From: a bacterium UBP13_UBA5359 | Lineage (GTDB): Bacteria; UBP13; UBA5359 | Direction: 5' to 3' | DNA: 64,000 nt | Assembly (NCBI GenBank): GCA_002410925.1 | Contig: DHPR01000033.1 | Location: forward strand, 330,397 to 394,396 | In this document: positions 23,227 to 32,617 of the stretch, piece by piece | How the letters are laid out: every line of letters starts with the position of its first letter | Numbering within the stretch: position 1 is the first letter of the stretch | The notes under the pieces: model-generated | Told to the model about the DNA's origin: nothing | Database searches by the model: none | Seen by the model: the letters and a program-made list of their open reading frames with translations, nothing else | Position numbers and translations under genes: made by a program

Positions 23227-23909
23227 CTCTTCGCCGTTACTCCTTCGCACACGGATATTATCTCCTGTATCACGTCATTGATGCTCTTCTTATCGCTATC
23301 TATCAGAATAGCATCTTCCGCTGGGCGCAGTGGCGCCAGCGCCCGATCGCTATCACGGTTATCGCGTTCTTCAATATCAGCAAGCACCAGCTCATAACGA
23401 ATATCGCTGCCTCTTTTCTGCAGTTCCAACCAGCGTCTTCTGGCACGTTCCTCCACGGAGGCCGTCAGGAATATCTTCACCTGCGCCTCAGGGAAGATAA
23501 CGGTGCCGATGTCTCTGCCCTCCATAACTACTCCGCCTCGCTTACCGAGACGCCGTTGCAACGCTGACAGTTGTTCTCTGACTCCTGCAACAGCCGATAT
23601 TGGTGAAGCCAGGCGTGATATCTTTGGCGTCCTTATTTCATCAGTAATGTCACAGCCGTTTGCTACTATCCGCTGGGCGCCGTTTTGCCGGACAAACTCA
23701 AATTTCATATCCGCCGCCAGCCTGGTCAGTTCCTCTTCATTCTCCACAACGCCGTAGCGCAAGCCAAGCCAGGCCACAGCTCTGTACATGGCACCGGTAT
23801 CTATATAAGTATAGCCTAAATATTTAGCCAAGCCCCTTGCCACACTGCTCTTACCGGCTCCGGCCGGGCCGTCTATGGCAACAATCAAATCCCCGGCAAT
23901 ATTATGCAC
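23223..23909 (-). CDS. cmk: Cytidylate kinase
   Basis: AIDGPAGAGKS, DTGAMYR, EGRDIGT. Confidence 0.96.
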   Translation of the reverse strand: MHNIAGDLIVAIDGPAGAGKSSVARGLAKYLGYTYIDTGAMYRAVAWLGLRYGVVENEEELTRLAADMKFEFVRQNGAQRIVANGCDITDEIRTPKISRLASPISAVAGVREQLSALQRRLGKRGGVVMEGRDIGTVIFPEAQVKIFLTASVEERARRRWLELQKRGSDIRYELVLADIEERDNRDSDRALAPLRPAEDAILIDSDKKSINDVIQEIISVCEGVTAKR

Positions 23910-25197
23910 CAGCGCATACCTCCTCCAATATCTTATAAAAATGAGGGAAAGAAATGTCTATACAATCTGTGTTCATAATACGGCTTTCACCCAAGGCCAA
24001 GGCTGCCGCTATCGAGGCTGACATAGCAATGCGATGATCGCCGCTGCTATCGACAACAGCACTCTGTAGTCTGCCGCCGCCGATAATTCTCATCCCATCC
24101 TTCGTTTCCATAGCTCTCGCACCAAAAGCGCGCAGCATACTGCATACGGAAGCAATTCTATCAGTTTCCTTTACCCGCAGCTCGGCGGCATCCTTGATCA
24201 GTGTTTCCCCATCAGCCAGAGCAGCGGCCACGGCCAAAGCCGGGATTTCATCGATAAGCCGCGGTATCAGCGGAGCATCGATTACCGTCCCTCGTAATTC
24301 ACCGCCGATTATCGATATATTGCCCACCGGCTCGCCGGCCTCCTCTCTGACATGGGCTACCTTCAACTCGGCGCCCATAGCGCGAAGAACATCTATGATA
24401 CCTGTTCGGGTAGGGTTAAGCCCTATATCGACTAAAGTGAGGGCGGCACCGGGAAGAGATGCGGCCAGTACCATAAAGAAAGCAGCCGACGATATATCAC
24501 CCGGTATGCTGATCTCTCTGCCTGTCATAGTGCCGCCGGGGTTAAGAGCAACACTGTTGCCGTCGATAGAGATATCCGCCCCAAAGGCCGCCAGCATACG
24601 CTCTCCATGATCGCGTGATTTATACGGCTCCCATATATTAGTAGGGTCCTCGGCAAAGAGACCTGAGAGCAGCAATGATGTTTTTATCTGAGCACTGGCC
24701 ACAGGAATTTTATAGTTCAAACCTGCCAGCGGATATCTGCCCCGAACTGCTACCGGTGCCAATATCCTGGCACTGCGCCCCTGAAAGGTCGCGCCCCTTA
24801 GAGAGAGCGGTCTGGTAACGCGATCCATCGGTCTTTCTCTCAAAGATTCATCTCCGGTTACAACCGCAAACATATCCAATCCTGCCAGAAGCCCCAACAT
24901 AAGCCTGGCTGTAGTACCTGAATTGCCCGCCTGCAAAATATCTTCGGGTTCATGCAGTCCCTGTATGCCCCGACCCTTTACAATTACATGGCTGCCTTCC
25001 TGTACAATGGAAACACCCAGCATTTTGAAGATATCCACCGTTGCACGGCAATCTGCCGAATCCAGAAAATTATGGATAACGGAATCTCCTTCTGCCAGCG
25101 CTCCTAACATAATCGCTCTGTGTGATATCGATTTATCACCCGGAACTCTGATTACGCCGCCAACGCTTCGACATGGTAGTATCGTTTTGCAGCTCAT
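23902..25197 (-). CDS. aroA: EPSP synthase
   Basis: PGDKSISHR, GNSGTT, SAQIK, RVKETDRI, DHRIAM. Confidence 0.96.
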   Translation of the reverse strand: MSCKTILPCRSVGGVIRVPGDKSISHRAIMLGALAEGDSVIHNFLDSADCRATVDIFKMLGVSIVQEGSHVIVKGRGIQGLHEPEDILQAGNSGTTARLMLGLLAGLDMFAVVTGDESLRERPMDRVTRPLSLRGATFQGRSARILAPVAVRGRYPLAGLNYKIPVASAQIKTSLLLSGLFAEDPTNIWEPYKSRDHGERMLAAFGADISIDGNSVALNPGGTMTGREISIPGDISSAAFFMVLAASLPGAALTLVDIGLNPTRTGIIDVLRAMGAELKVAHVREEAGEPVGNISIIGGELRGTVIDAPLIPRLIDEIPALAVAAALADGETLIKDAAELRVKETDRIASVCSMLRAFGARAMETKDGMRIIGGGRLQSAVVDSSGDHRIAMSASIAAALALGESRIMNTDCIDISFPHFYKILEEVCAGA

Positions 25198-26048
25198 CAG
25201 TTTAATCCATTCCTATATTCTTTGGCGTTCTCCAGAAACCTCAGCAAAGACTTCTCGTCGCTGCTGGAGATCATATCCGATAAATAATCAAGCTGCTTCC
25301 TGAATAGATCCAACGCTTTAAGAACTTCCATTTTATTACTGACATAGATATCATTCCACATCTTAGGATCGCTGCCGGCCACCCGGGTAATATCTTTGAA
25401 ACCACCGGCGGCAAGCCGTGTCAGCTCCTTCAATTGCATATCGGCAACAGTATTCACCAGAGATTGCGCCACAGCATGCGGTAGATGGCTGACCATGGCT
25501 ACCAGAGTATCATGCTCAGCCAATTCCATAATCTCCGGCAAAGCGCCCACTCCTTTCACCAGCGCCGTCAAACGCCTGATATGATCACCATGATCATCAA
25601 CCGGCATCAGTAGATATCTGGCGTTTATAAAGAGATCCGGGGAGGCATACGCTATGCCCGCCCTCTCTGCACCAGCCATAGGATGCCCACCGATAAGAGA
25701 ACTGCCTTCAGGCCTGAGCTTCTTCAGTTCATCAATCAGCATGGATTTCGTGCTACAAACGTCTGTAATCAACGAACCTGGCTTCATATGAGGCATCATT
25801 ATTCTTCCAAGGTCTATGGATGCCATTACCGGAGCAGCCAGCACAAGTATATCGGCACCCATAGCAGCCTCTACCGGGTCCAACGTTCCCTGGTCCACTG
25901 CCCCCATATCCAATGCTCTCTCTACTGTCCGAGCAGATCTGCCCAAGCCTACTACCTCTTCGGCCAATCCGTTCTGCCTGACAGCCATACCCAGCGAGCC
26001 GCCAATCAAACCAAGGCCGGCAATGACACAGCAATGGTAGAGGGGCAT
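25197..26048 (-). CDS. tyrA: Prephenate/arogenate dehydrogenase
   Basis: GLGLIGGS, DVCSTK, GGHPMAG, SHLPH, GFKDITR. Confidence 0.93.
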   Translation of the reverse strand: MPLYHCCVIAGLGLIGGSLGMAVRQNGLAEEVVGLGRSARTVERALDMGAVDQGTLDPVEAAMGADILVLAAPVMASIDLGRIMMPHMKPGSLITDVCSTKSMLIDELKKLRPEGSSLIGGHPMAGAERAGIAYASPDLFINARYLLMPVDDHGDHIRRLTALVKGVGALPEIMELAEHDTLVAMVSHLPHAVAQSLVNTVADMQLKELTRLAAGGFKDITRVAGSDPKMWNDIYVSNKMEVLKALDLFRKQLDYLSDMISSSDEKSLLRFLENAKEYRNGLN

Positions 26049-26049
26049 T

Positions 26050-27072
26050 CTAGACTCTCCTCCCTAAAATCTCGGCAATAGGCTTGATCTCTGCCATTAG
26101 CTTGACAAAGTTTGCATATGTAAGTGATTGCGATCCATCGGAGAGCGCTTCGCCCGGGCGAGGATGCACTTCTATCATCAGACCGTCAGCACCGGCGGCT
26201 ATGGCCGCACGCGCCATCGGCGCCACCAGACGCCAATGTCCGGTGCCATGGCTGGGATCCACCCATACGGGCAGATGAGAAAGTTCTCGAATCAAGGGCA
26301 CTGCGCTAAGATCCAGAGTGTTACGGGTATATGGCTCGAACGTTCTGATTCCACGCTCACAGAGTATGACGGATGTATTGCCTTCCGACATGATATACTC
26401 TGCCGCCATAAGCAGTTCCTCAATAGTAGCCGACAGCCCCCTTTTCAACAAAACAGGCTTCCTGGATTTGCCTACCTCTCTCAAAAGAAAGAAGTTCTGC
26501 ATATTTCGGGCGCCTATCTGCAACATATCCGAATATTCCATTACCAGATCTACGCTGCGGGGATCCATGATCTCAGTAACGATAGGCAGCCCGGTCTCCT
26601 GCCTGGCCGCAGCCAGTATCTTCAGCCCCTCCTCTTCAAGCCCCTGGAAGGCATACGGAGATGTCCTGGGCTTGAATGCTCCTCCACGCAGTATGCCTGC
26701 TCCCGCAGCCTTGATGGCCCGCGCCGTTTCCAGCAACTGCTCTTGGTTTTCCACAGCGCACGGCCCGGCGGAAATAACTACTGCATCTCCCCCTATGGTT
26801 ACATCGCCAACCTTAATAATCGTATTCTCAGGCTGAAACTCCCTGCCGGCCAGACGAAAAGGCTTTAATATAGGTACGACTTTTTCAACAGCGGTTATGG
26901 CTTCCAGCTGCTCTGCCAACAAGGCTTTCTCGTCATTATGTACGCCGATAGCACCTATTATCGTCTTCTCTACACCTTCAGAAACATGAGTTCCATAGCC
27001 CTTATCTCCCAGACGTCTGACAACCTGGCGTATATCGGCCTCAGTCGCCTCCCGCTTCATGATAATTATCAT
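26050..27072 (-). CDS. aroF: DAHP synthase, class I-beta, with N-terminal regulatory domain
   Basis: AGPCAVE, GGAFKPRTSPY, QIGARNMQN, DPSHGTG. Confidence 0.95.
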   Translation of the reverse strand: MIIIMKREATEADIRQVVRRLGDKGYGTHVSEGVEKTIIGAIGVHNDEKALLAEQLEAITAVEKVVPILKPFRLAGREFQPENTIIKVGDVTIGGDAVVISAGPCAVENQEQLLETARAIKAAGAGILRGGAFKPRTSPYAFQGLEEEGLKILAAARQETGLPIVTEIMDPRSVDLVMEYSDMLQIGARNMQNFFLLREVGKSRKPVLLKRGLSATIEELLMAAEYIMSEGNTSVILCERGIRTFEPYTRNTLDLSAVPLIRELSHLPVWVDPSHGTGHWRLVAPMARAAIAAGADGLMIEVHPRPGEALSDGSQSLTYANFVKLMAEIKPIAEILGRRV

Positions 27073-27102
27073 ATTCCTTACCTCTTCTTCCTACTCAAAC
27101 TA

Positions 27103-28200
27103 CTATCTCCCAAGCACATCTGAAAGGGCCTTTACGAACCTTCCATTCTGCTCCATATTACCTATGGTAACACGGATATAGTCCGAAAGCCCGAATATAT
27201 CGCCCGTTCTGATAATTACTCCCTTGGACATCAGGGCTCTGAAAAGCTCTCTTGAATCCAGGCCGACCCTGACCATAATAAAGTTAGCTTCTGTTGGTAT
27301 ATAATCCAGGCCCATAGCGGTAAAGCTCTGTTGCAAGAACCTCTTTCCTTCAGAAACGAGCTGCCGGCTACGCCTGACTTGATTCGGATCACTCAAAGAT
27401 GCCTGTGCCGCTGCTAGCGCCAGACTATTGACATTAAAGGGTTCCTTGACACGATTGAGATGAGCAACTATCTCCGGCGAAGAGACTGCATACCCCACGC
27501 GCAAACCGGCTAAACCGTAAATTTTGGAGAAAGTGCGCAAAGTCACTACATGTCGCCCTTCACCGATATAGCGAAGGCTGTCCGGATAATCCTCAGATTC
27601 CACATATTCATAGTATGCTTCATCGAAGACGGCAACAGCATCTGCCGGCAGCTTTGTTAGAAAGCTCTCTACCTCATTCTGCCTTACTATAGTCCCTGTC
27701 GGGTTGTTAGGATTACAGATAAAAATGAGCTTTGTCCTGTCGCTGAATTTAGATGCCATGGCATCCAGATCATGCCGAAAATCCTTCAAAGGCACCTTTA
27801 TAAGCCTGGCGTTCATCAGAACAGCAGCTGAATCATAGCGTGAGAATGAGGGATCGGCCACTATTACCTCATCTCCCGGATGAAGATAAGTTATCCCTAA
27901 AAAGTGTATTATCTCATCCGAGCCGTTGCCGATAAAGAGCTGATTGGGTTCTACTTTCAACATGCAAGCAAGCGCTTTTTTCAAGTAATAAGCATTGCCG
28001 TCAGGATATATCTGCATTCCGGCCGCCGCCTTGCGTGCGGCTTCAACAGCCAATGGTGAGGGGCCGAGCGGATTTTCATTGGATGCCATCTTGATTACCC
28101 CTGTTATGCCCAGTTCTCTCTCTACTTCCTCAACCGGCTTTCCCGGCTCATACGGCTCCAGATCCGCTATACAGGGACGTACCAATGCATCAATAGACAT
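27103..28200 (-). CDS. hisC: Histidinol-phosphate/aromatic aminotransferase
   Basis: MASNENP, GNGSDE, NPNNPTG, DEAY, RTFSKIYGLAGLRVGY. Confidence 0.93.
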   Translation of the reverse strand: MSIDALVRPCIADLEPYEPGKPVEEVERELGITGVIKMASNENPLGPSPLAVEAARKAAAGMQIYPDGNAYYLKKALACMLKVEPNQLFIGNGSDEIIHFLGITYLHPGDEVIVADPSFSRYDSAAVLMNARLIKVPLKDFRHDLDAMASKFSDRTKLIFICNPNNPTGTIVRQNEVESFLTKLPADAVAVFDEAYYEYVESEDYPDSLRYIGEGRHVVTLRTFSKIYGLAGLRVGYAVSSPEIVAHLNRVKEPFNVNSLALAAAQASLSDPNQVRRSRQLVSEGKRFLQQSFTAMGLDYIPTEANFIMVRVGLDSRELFRALMSKGVIIRTGDIFGLSDYIRVTIGNMEQNGRFVKALSDVLGR

Positions 28201-28226
28201 ACTATTACCTCCAAATAATATCTGTT

Positions 28227-30572
28227 TCACTGACGAGTTTTGACACCGGATATTGCTGCCGCCGTGTCGGACTCTAGCGCACCGGCTCTCTCCAGCAACC
28301 AGAAACCGGCCAAAATTATCAGACAGGCAAGTGATTTATATACATGCGCCAGCAAGTTATGGGTACCAAGCATCGTAACGACACTAACTGCCGAAAAGGC
28401 CGTAGCAAACATACCGATGATAAACATCAGCATCAAAGATCCTCCGCCCTGCCGATGCAGCTTCATAAATCCCAGTGCCGCTACTACATAGAGAAAAGCA
28501 ATAATAGCTTCCATATACATGGCCGGTTCGCCTACACTCTTGCCGGGAATATAGGCAAACGGCCTCAATTGGGCAAATGATTCCAGGAGAAGATAAAGCA
28601 GCAATGCTACAAGTATGGGCAACAGGGCTTCCTGAAGAGGATTCTCTGCAAGAAGATAATTTCTTCTTTTAGGCATAAAGACTGCTGCAATGATCATAAA
28701 TGCGCCTATCAAACGTGAACATATCCAGAGCCCGATAGTCATTCCATCGTTCCCCTGAGATAAAATCGATATGCCTCCGGGAAATGTCATCAGATGCAAA
28801 AGATCGAGCAAAGACATTACCAAAAAAGCCTTTCCCAACAGAGAAAGGCGGCTATCGCCTGTCCGCCTGGCAGCAGAAAAAGCAATATAAAAAATTATTA
28901 TGCCTACCGCTGACGAATAAAGCTCCATCACGGTATGCAAATAGAGATATGGCATCCCACTAAGATCATTATAGCTATAACGAAAGATAAACTGGGCAAA
29001 GAGGTTGATCATGGCAACCAGAACTATAAGATGAACCTTATAACGATTGAGAAAAGAATCCTTAACCTTACACTCTTGCTGGGTTTCTGAGGCACCGCTA
29101 AAAGCATCCGCAACCCCTTCAATCAAATCCTTGGATAAACATGAAGCCATGACCACCCTATTACGACCGGTCTGCTTGGCTCTATAAAGCGCTTTGTCTG
29201 AGGCAGCTAAAAGCATGGTTTTGGTGGATCCATCGACAGGAAATGTCGATATGCCTATACTTACTGTTACTTTGCTCTCCGAACCATCATCCTGATTATA
29301 GTAATGCAGAGTCTCTCTAACTTCCCTTCTTATACGCTCAGCTACTAATTCCGCTTCAGCTACGCTGGTTTCAGGTAGCACGACACAGAACTCTTCACCG
29401 CCATAGCGAGCCAAAATATCTATACTCCGAGTATTGCTCTCCAGAAGACTGGAAAGGCGCTTCAACAGAATATCGCCGGCCAAATGCCCGAAGCGATCGT
29501 TGTATCGCTTAAAATGATCTATATCGAGCATCAATACGGAGAGTGGCCGCTGGAAACGTTTGGCCCGCTCCAATTCATCATCAAGACGCTGCTGAAGATA
29601 TCTGTGGTTGTTAAGTCTGGTCAGACCATCTGTTATCGCCAGCCTGGAAACTTCCTTAAAGAGGCGCCCATGCTCTATGACAACAGCCGCTTCGTGGGCA
29701 ACTACAGTAAGAAGGTTTATCTCCTCTGTAGAAGGATCATGCTCCTGTCTGTAACCCAGATGCAAAACGCCCAGGCTTCTGCCTTCAATTTTCAGGGGTA
29801 TCGATATTATTGTTACCGTCTTTCCCAACGAAAAACGAAAATCATCCCGGACGGGAAGCTCACTCTCGTTTATGTCGGCAATAATATCGTATTCACCGGT
29901 CTCTATTACCTTCCCGCTGAGATCTTCTCCCGGTGACAGCTCTATGCTTCTTATCATGGGCGAACAACCGGCAGATGCCAGATGACGAATAATCTGCTTC
30001 TCTTCGTCGAGTATCATTATTATGCCGGTGCTTGCTCCGGAAAAATCCATTACCTTATGCAGAAAGCGGATGGAATTCTCTTCAAAGTCAAGTTGACCGT
30101 GCAAAGACTTGCTTATTTCGAAGAGATATGATAGTTCCTTTACTTTAAGATTAAGATCGGCTTCCGCCTGCTGATAGAGATCAAAATCGCGCCTGGACGC
30201 AGCGATGATATTGGAAACTATGCGGCTGAGGGCAGCCAGAAAGGAAGATACCGCCCGACAATCATTTTCCACAGTATCAAATGGGCCGGCCAGAATAGCT
30301 GCCAACAGCCTCTCTTCCAGCATAACAGGTGCCAGGCAATAATCTCTGCCGGAGATACCGCAACGAATAAAGTTACCGTCGCCCACAGCAGCGACAATCT
30401 CCTCCCAGGAGATTGATATATTATCAGCACCGACGCCGGAAATACTTCCCGAAGTGCTCCATATATGAACATCAGCACCGATCAAGTGTGCTGATGCCTT
30501 TTCAAGCTCTATGATATCCCGCATATCAAATATTTGCAGGAGATCATATCTTGCAAAATTTGCAGCCCCCAT
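28227..30572 (-). CDS. PocR-like / GAF / GGDEF diguanylate cyclase with C-terminal MASE3-like membrane domain
   Basis: DGLTRLNN, DIDHFKRYND, RSID I-site, GGEEF; C-terminal TM block with LHTVMEL, LDLLHLMTFPG, LWICSRL, AHVYK. ATG at 30572 follows AGGAG; TGCTATAAT lies upstream. Confidence 0.85.
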   Translation of the reverse strand: MGAANFARYDLLQIFDMRDIIELEKASAHLIGADVHIWSTSGSISGVGADNISISWEEIVAAVGDGNFIRCGISGRDYCLAPVMLEERLLAAILAGPFDTVENDCRAVSSFLAALSRIVSNIIAASRRDFDLYQQAEADLNLKVKELSYLFEISKSLHGQLDFEENSIRFLHKVMDFSGASTGIIMILDEEKQIIRHLASAGCSPMIRSIELSPGEDLSGKVIETGEYDIIADINESELPVRDDFRFSLGKTVTIISIPLKIEGRSLGVLHLGYRQEHDPSTEEINLLTVVAHEAAVVIEHGRLFKEVSRLAITDGLTRLNNHRYLQQRLDDELERAKRFQRPLSVLMLDIDHFKRYNDRFGHLAGDILLKRLSSLLESNTRSIDILARYGGEEFCVVLPETSVAEAELVAERIRREVRETLHYYNQDDGSESKVTVSIGISTFPVDGSTKTMLLAASDKALYRAKQTGRNRVVMASCLSKDLIEGVADAFSGASETQQECKVKDSFLNRYKVHLIVLVAMINLFAQFIFRYSYNDLSGMPYLYLHTVMELYSSAVGIIIFYIAFSAARRTGDSRLSLLGKAFLVMSLLDLLHLMTFPGGISILSQGNDGMTIGLWICSRLIGAFMIIAAVFMPKRRNYLLAENPLQEALLPILVALLLYLLLESFAQLRPFAYIPGKSVGEPAMYMEAIIAFLYVVAALGFMKLHRQGGGSLMLMFIIGMFATAFSAVSVVTMLGTHNLLAHVYKSLACLIILAGFWLLERAGALESDTAAAISGVKTRQ

Positions 30573-30754
30573 CGCGACTCCTACAGCTATGCATTTAATG
30601 TCATTATTATAGCATAGAGATAACAATAAACCATATCTTTTCGGTTGGTTTCTTATATGATGCAACGCGTACCGGAATGCTTACCGGCAAGCGTATCCCC
30701 GTCGTTGCGCCCTCTATCGTCTGCAGATATAATTATAGCAAGGGGGAAGGTATT

Positions 30755-31354
30755 TTGCACATTATTAATATAATCTTTCAAGATGCTCCGCAAAGCGAGA
30801 GTATTCGCAATCTGCGGCAAGGTTCAAAAAGGGCGATAGTTCATCTGGATATGGAAAATGATGCAGATATCTCTACCAGCGCCATACCCGGCCTTGCAAA
30901 AAAAATGGAAATAGCGCTTCCGGGCATTCTGGAAGCGCCTGCCGAAGAGCTGCAACATATATGCGGCTTGGCTGACACAGATGCGCATGATTTCAAAGAA
31001 GAGATCACAGAGGGCACCAGCCTTTGCCATCTCTTAGAGCATATTATCATTTATATGCTCGGGCGCCGTATGGGGCGCTGTGCCGGTTTCTCAGGGCAGC
31101 GTTCACAGGATATAGAGGCCGGGTTGAAAACACACCATTACCTGGTAGTAGAATACGCTAACAAGCTTGAAGCCATTGTGGCCATAGATTTGGCATTTCA
31201 GATGGTCAACGCCTGGCTGCATGATAAAACAGTCAGCCTTGATCGTGATACGCTGATAACCGGGGTGCAGAAGCGCCTGGCCTTAATGCTTCCGCCCTAT
31301 ACGGGCAAGCCCATACAAGGCATTACAGAGCTCAAACCCTCTCATACGGCATAA
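30755..31354 (+). CDS. Stand-alone cyanophycin synthetase N-terminal-like domain protein
   Basis: IVHLDM, LPGILE, HIC...F...EGTSLCHLLEH, YLVVEY pattern of the CphA N domain. TTG at 30755 follows AAGGGGG. Confidence 0.75.
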   Translation: MHIINIIFQDAPQSESIRNLRQGSKRAIVHLDMENDADISTSAIPGLAKKMEIALPGILEAPAEELQHICGLADTDAHDFKEEITEGTSLCHLLEHIIIYMLGRRMGRCAGFSGQRSQDIEAGLKTHHYLVVEYANKLEAIVAIDLAFQMVNAWLHDKTVSLDRDTLITGVQKRLALMLPPYTGKPIQGITELKPSHTA

Positions 31355-32495
31355 ATAGTCTCTTATATTCGTCCAGAGCATAGCGGTCCGTCATACCTGC
31401 AATATAATCAGAGATTACCACCTGTAAAGGCAGAGAGTCCATCCTCTGTTGGACATGCGGCGGCAACTGCTCTGGGCGATTGATATAAACATCAAAGAGA
31501 CTTTTAATAAATCTTGCAGCTTTATCGGCCATGCGCATAACACGATAATGCCTGTAAACCCTGGTCATGAGAAAGCCTTTGAGTTCGCTGTTCAATTTCA
31601 TCATCCAAGGAGAGAAGGCCACCAGTCGCTCGCTAACTCCCCTGACGTCATCAACCGAAGATATCTTATGCTTCTTAAGATTGGATAGAGTCTGTTGCGC
31701 GGCATCCATTACCAGATCATTTATCAGCTGCTTTACCACTTGATATTTACGTCTGTCCATATCCAAGCCGGGATAGAACCTCTTTACATCATCATAGGCT
31801 CTCTTCCAAATCTCCAGTGATAACAGCTCTTCCTCTGTAATTAACCCGGCTGTCAGTCCGTCATCGAGATCATGATTATTATAAGCTATCTCATCGGCCA
31901 GATCTACCAGTTGTGCTTCAAGAGTGGGAGATTGACCCGGTTGGTAATCAGCATTTCCAGGGTAATCATAATCGGTATTATGCTTTATTATCCCCTCTCT
32001 AACCTCATACGTAAGATTTAGCCCCGGGAAAGCGGGATACCGCTCTTCCAGCTCCTCTACAACTCGTAATCCATGCCTGTTATGCTCAAAGCCGCCGAAA
32101 TCACGCATGATTTCTTGCAATGCATCTTCGCCTGAATGTCCAAAGGGAGTATGCCCCAGATCATGAGCCAGCGCTATAGCCTCCGTCAAATCCTCGTTCA
32201 AGCGGAGCATGCGGGACATAGTCCTGGCTATCTGGGACACTTCAAGCGTATGCGTCAATCGCGTCCGATAATAATCCCCCTCGTGAATGACGTAAACTTG
32301 AGTCTTATACTCCAAACGCCTGAAGGCAGTGCAATGTACAATTCTATCTCTATCCCTCTGGAAAGAGCTGCGATATGTATGGTCATCTTCCGGATAACGC
32401 CTTCCCGCACTATCTACCGCACACATAGCGTATGGAGCCAGCATCGTGCGCTCAATCTCCATATAATCGCCGGATGGTAAGAGATTATACACCAA
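31332..32495 (-). CDS. dgt: dGTP triphosphohydrolase (HD domain)
   Basis: FQRDRDRI, RRLEYKTQV, RLTHTLEV, HDLGHTPFGHSGE, DYIAGMTD. Confidence 0.94.
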   Translation of the reverse strand: MVYNLLPSGDYMEIERTMLAPYAMCAVDSAGRRYPEDDHTYRSSFQRDRDRIVHCTAFRRLEYKTQVYVIHEGDYYRTRLTHTLEVSQIARTMSRMLRLNEDLTEAIALAHDLGHTPFGHSGEDALQEIMRDFGGFEHNRHGLRVVEELEERYPAFPGLNLTYEVREGIIKHNTDYDYPGNADYQPGQSPTLEAQLVDLADEIAYNNHDLDDGLTAGLITEEELLSLEIWKRAYDDVKRFYPGLDMDRRKYQVVKQLINDLVMDAAQQTLSNLKKHKISSVDDVRGVSERLVAFSPWMMKLNSELKGFLMTRVYRHYRVMRMADKAARFIKSLFDVYINRPEQLPPHVQQRMDSLPLQVVISDYIAGMTDRYALDEYKRLFMPYERV

Positions 32496-32617
32496 AGCTT
32501 CCCTCCTTAGCTGATAACATATCCTTTATAAGTATGCCATTAAACAGGATATCAACACGCGATAGAAGCGAGATCGGTACGCCGGATCGTAAAGAAGGCT
32601 ATCCGTCAAGCACCTCA

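Noticed and set aside
30573-30754. c-di-GMP or other riboswitch near the cyclase genes
   Set aside because: The spacer is short and holds divergent -10 boxes; no recognisable aptamer consensus by eye, and no covariance search was run.
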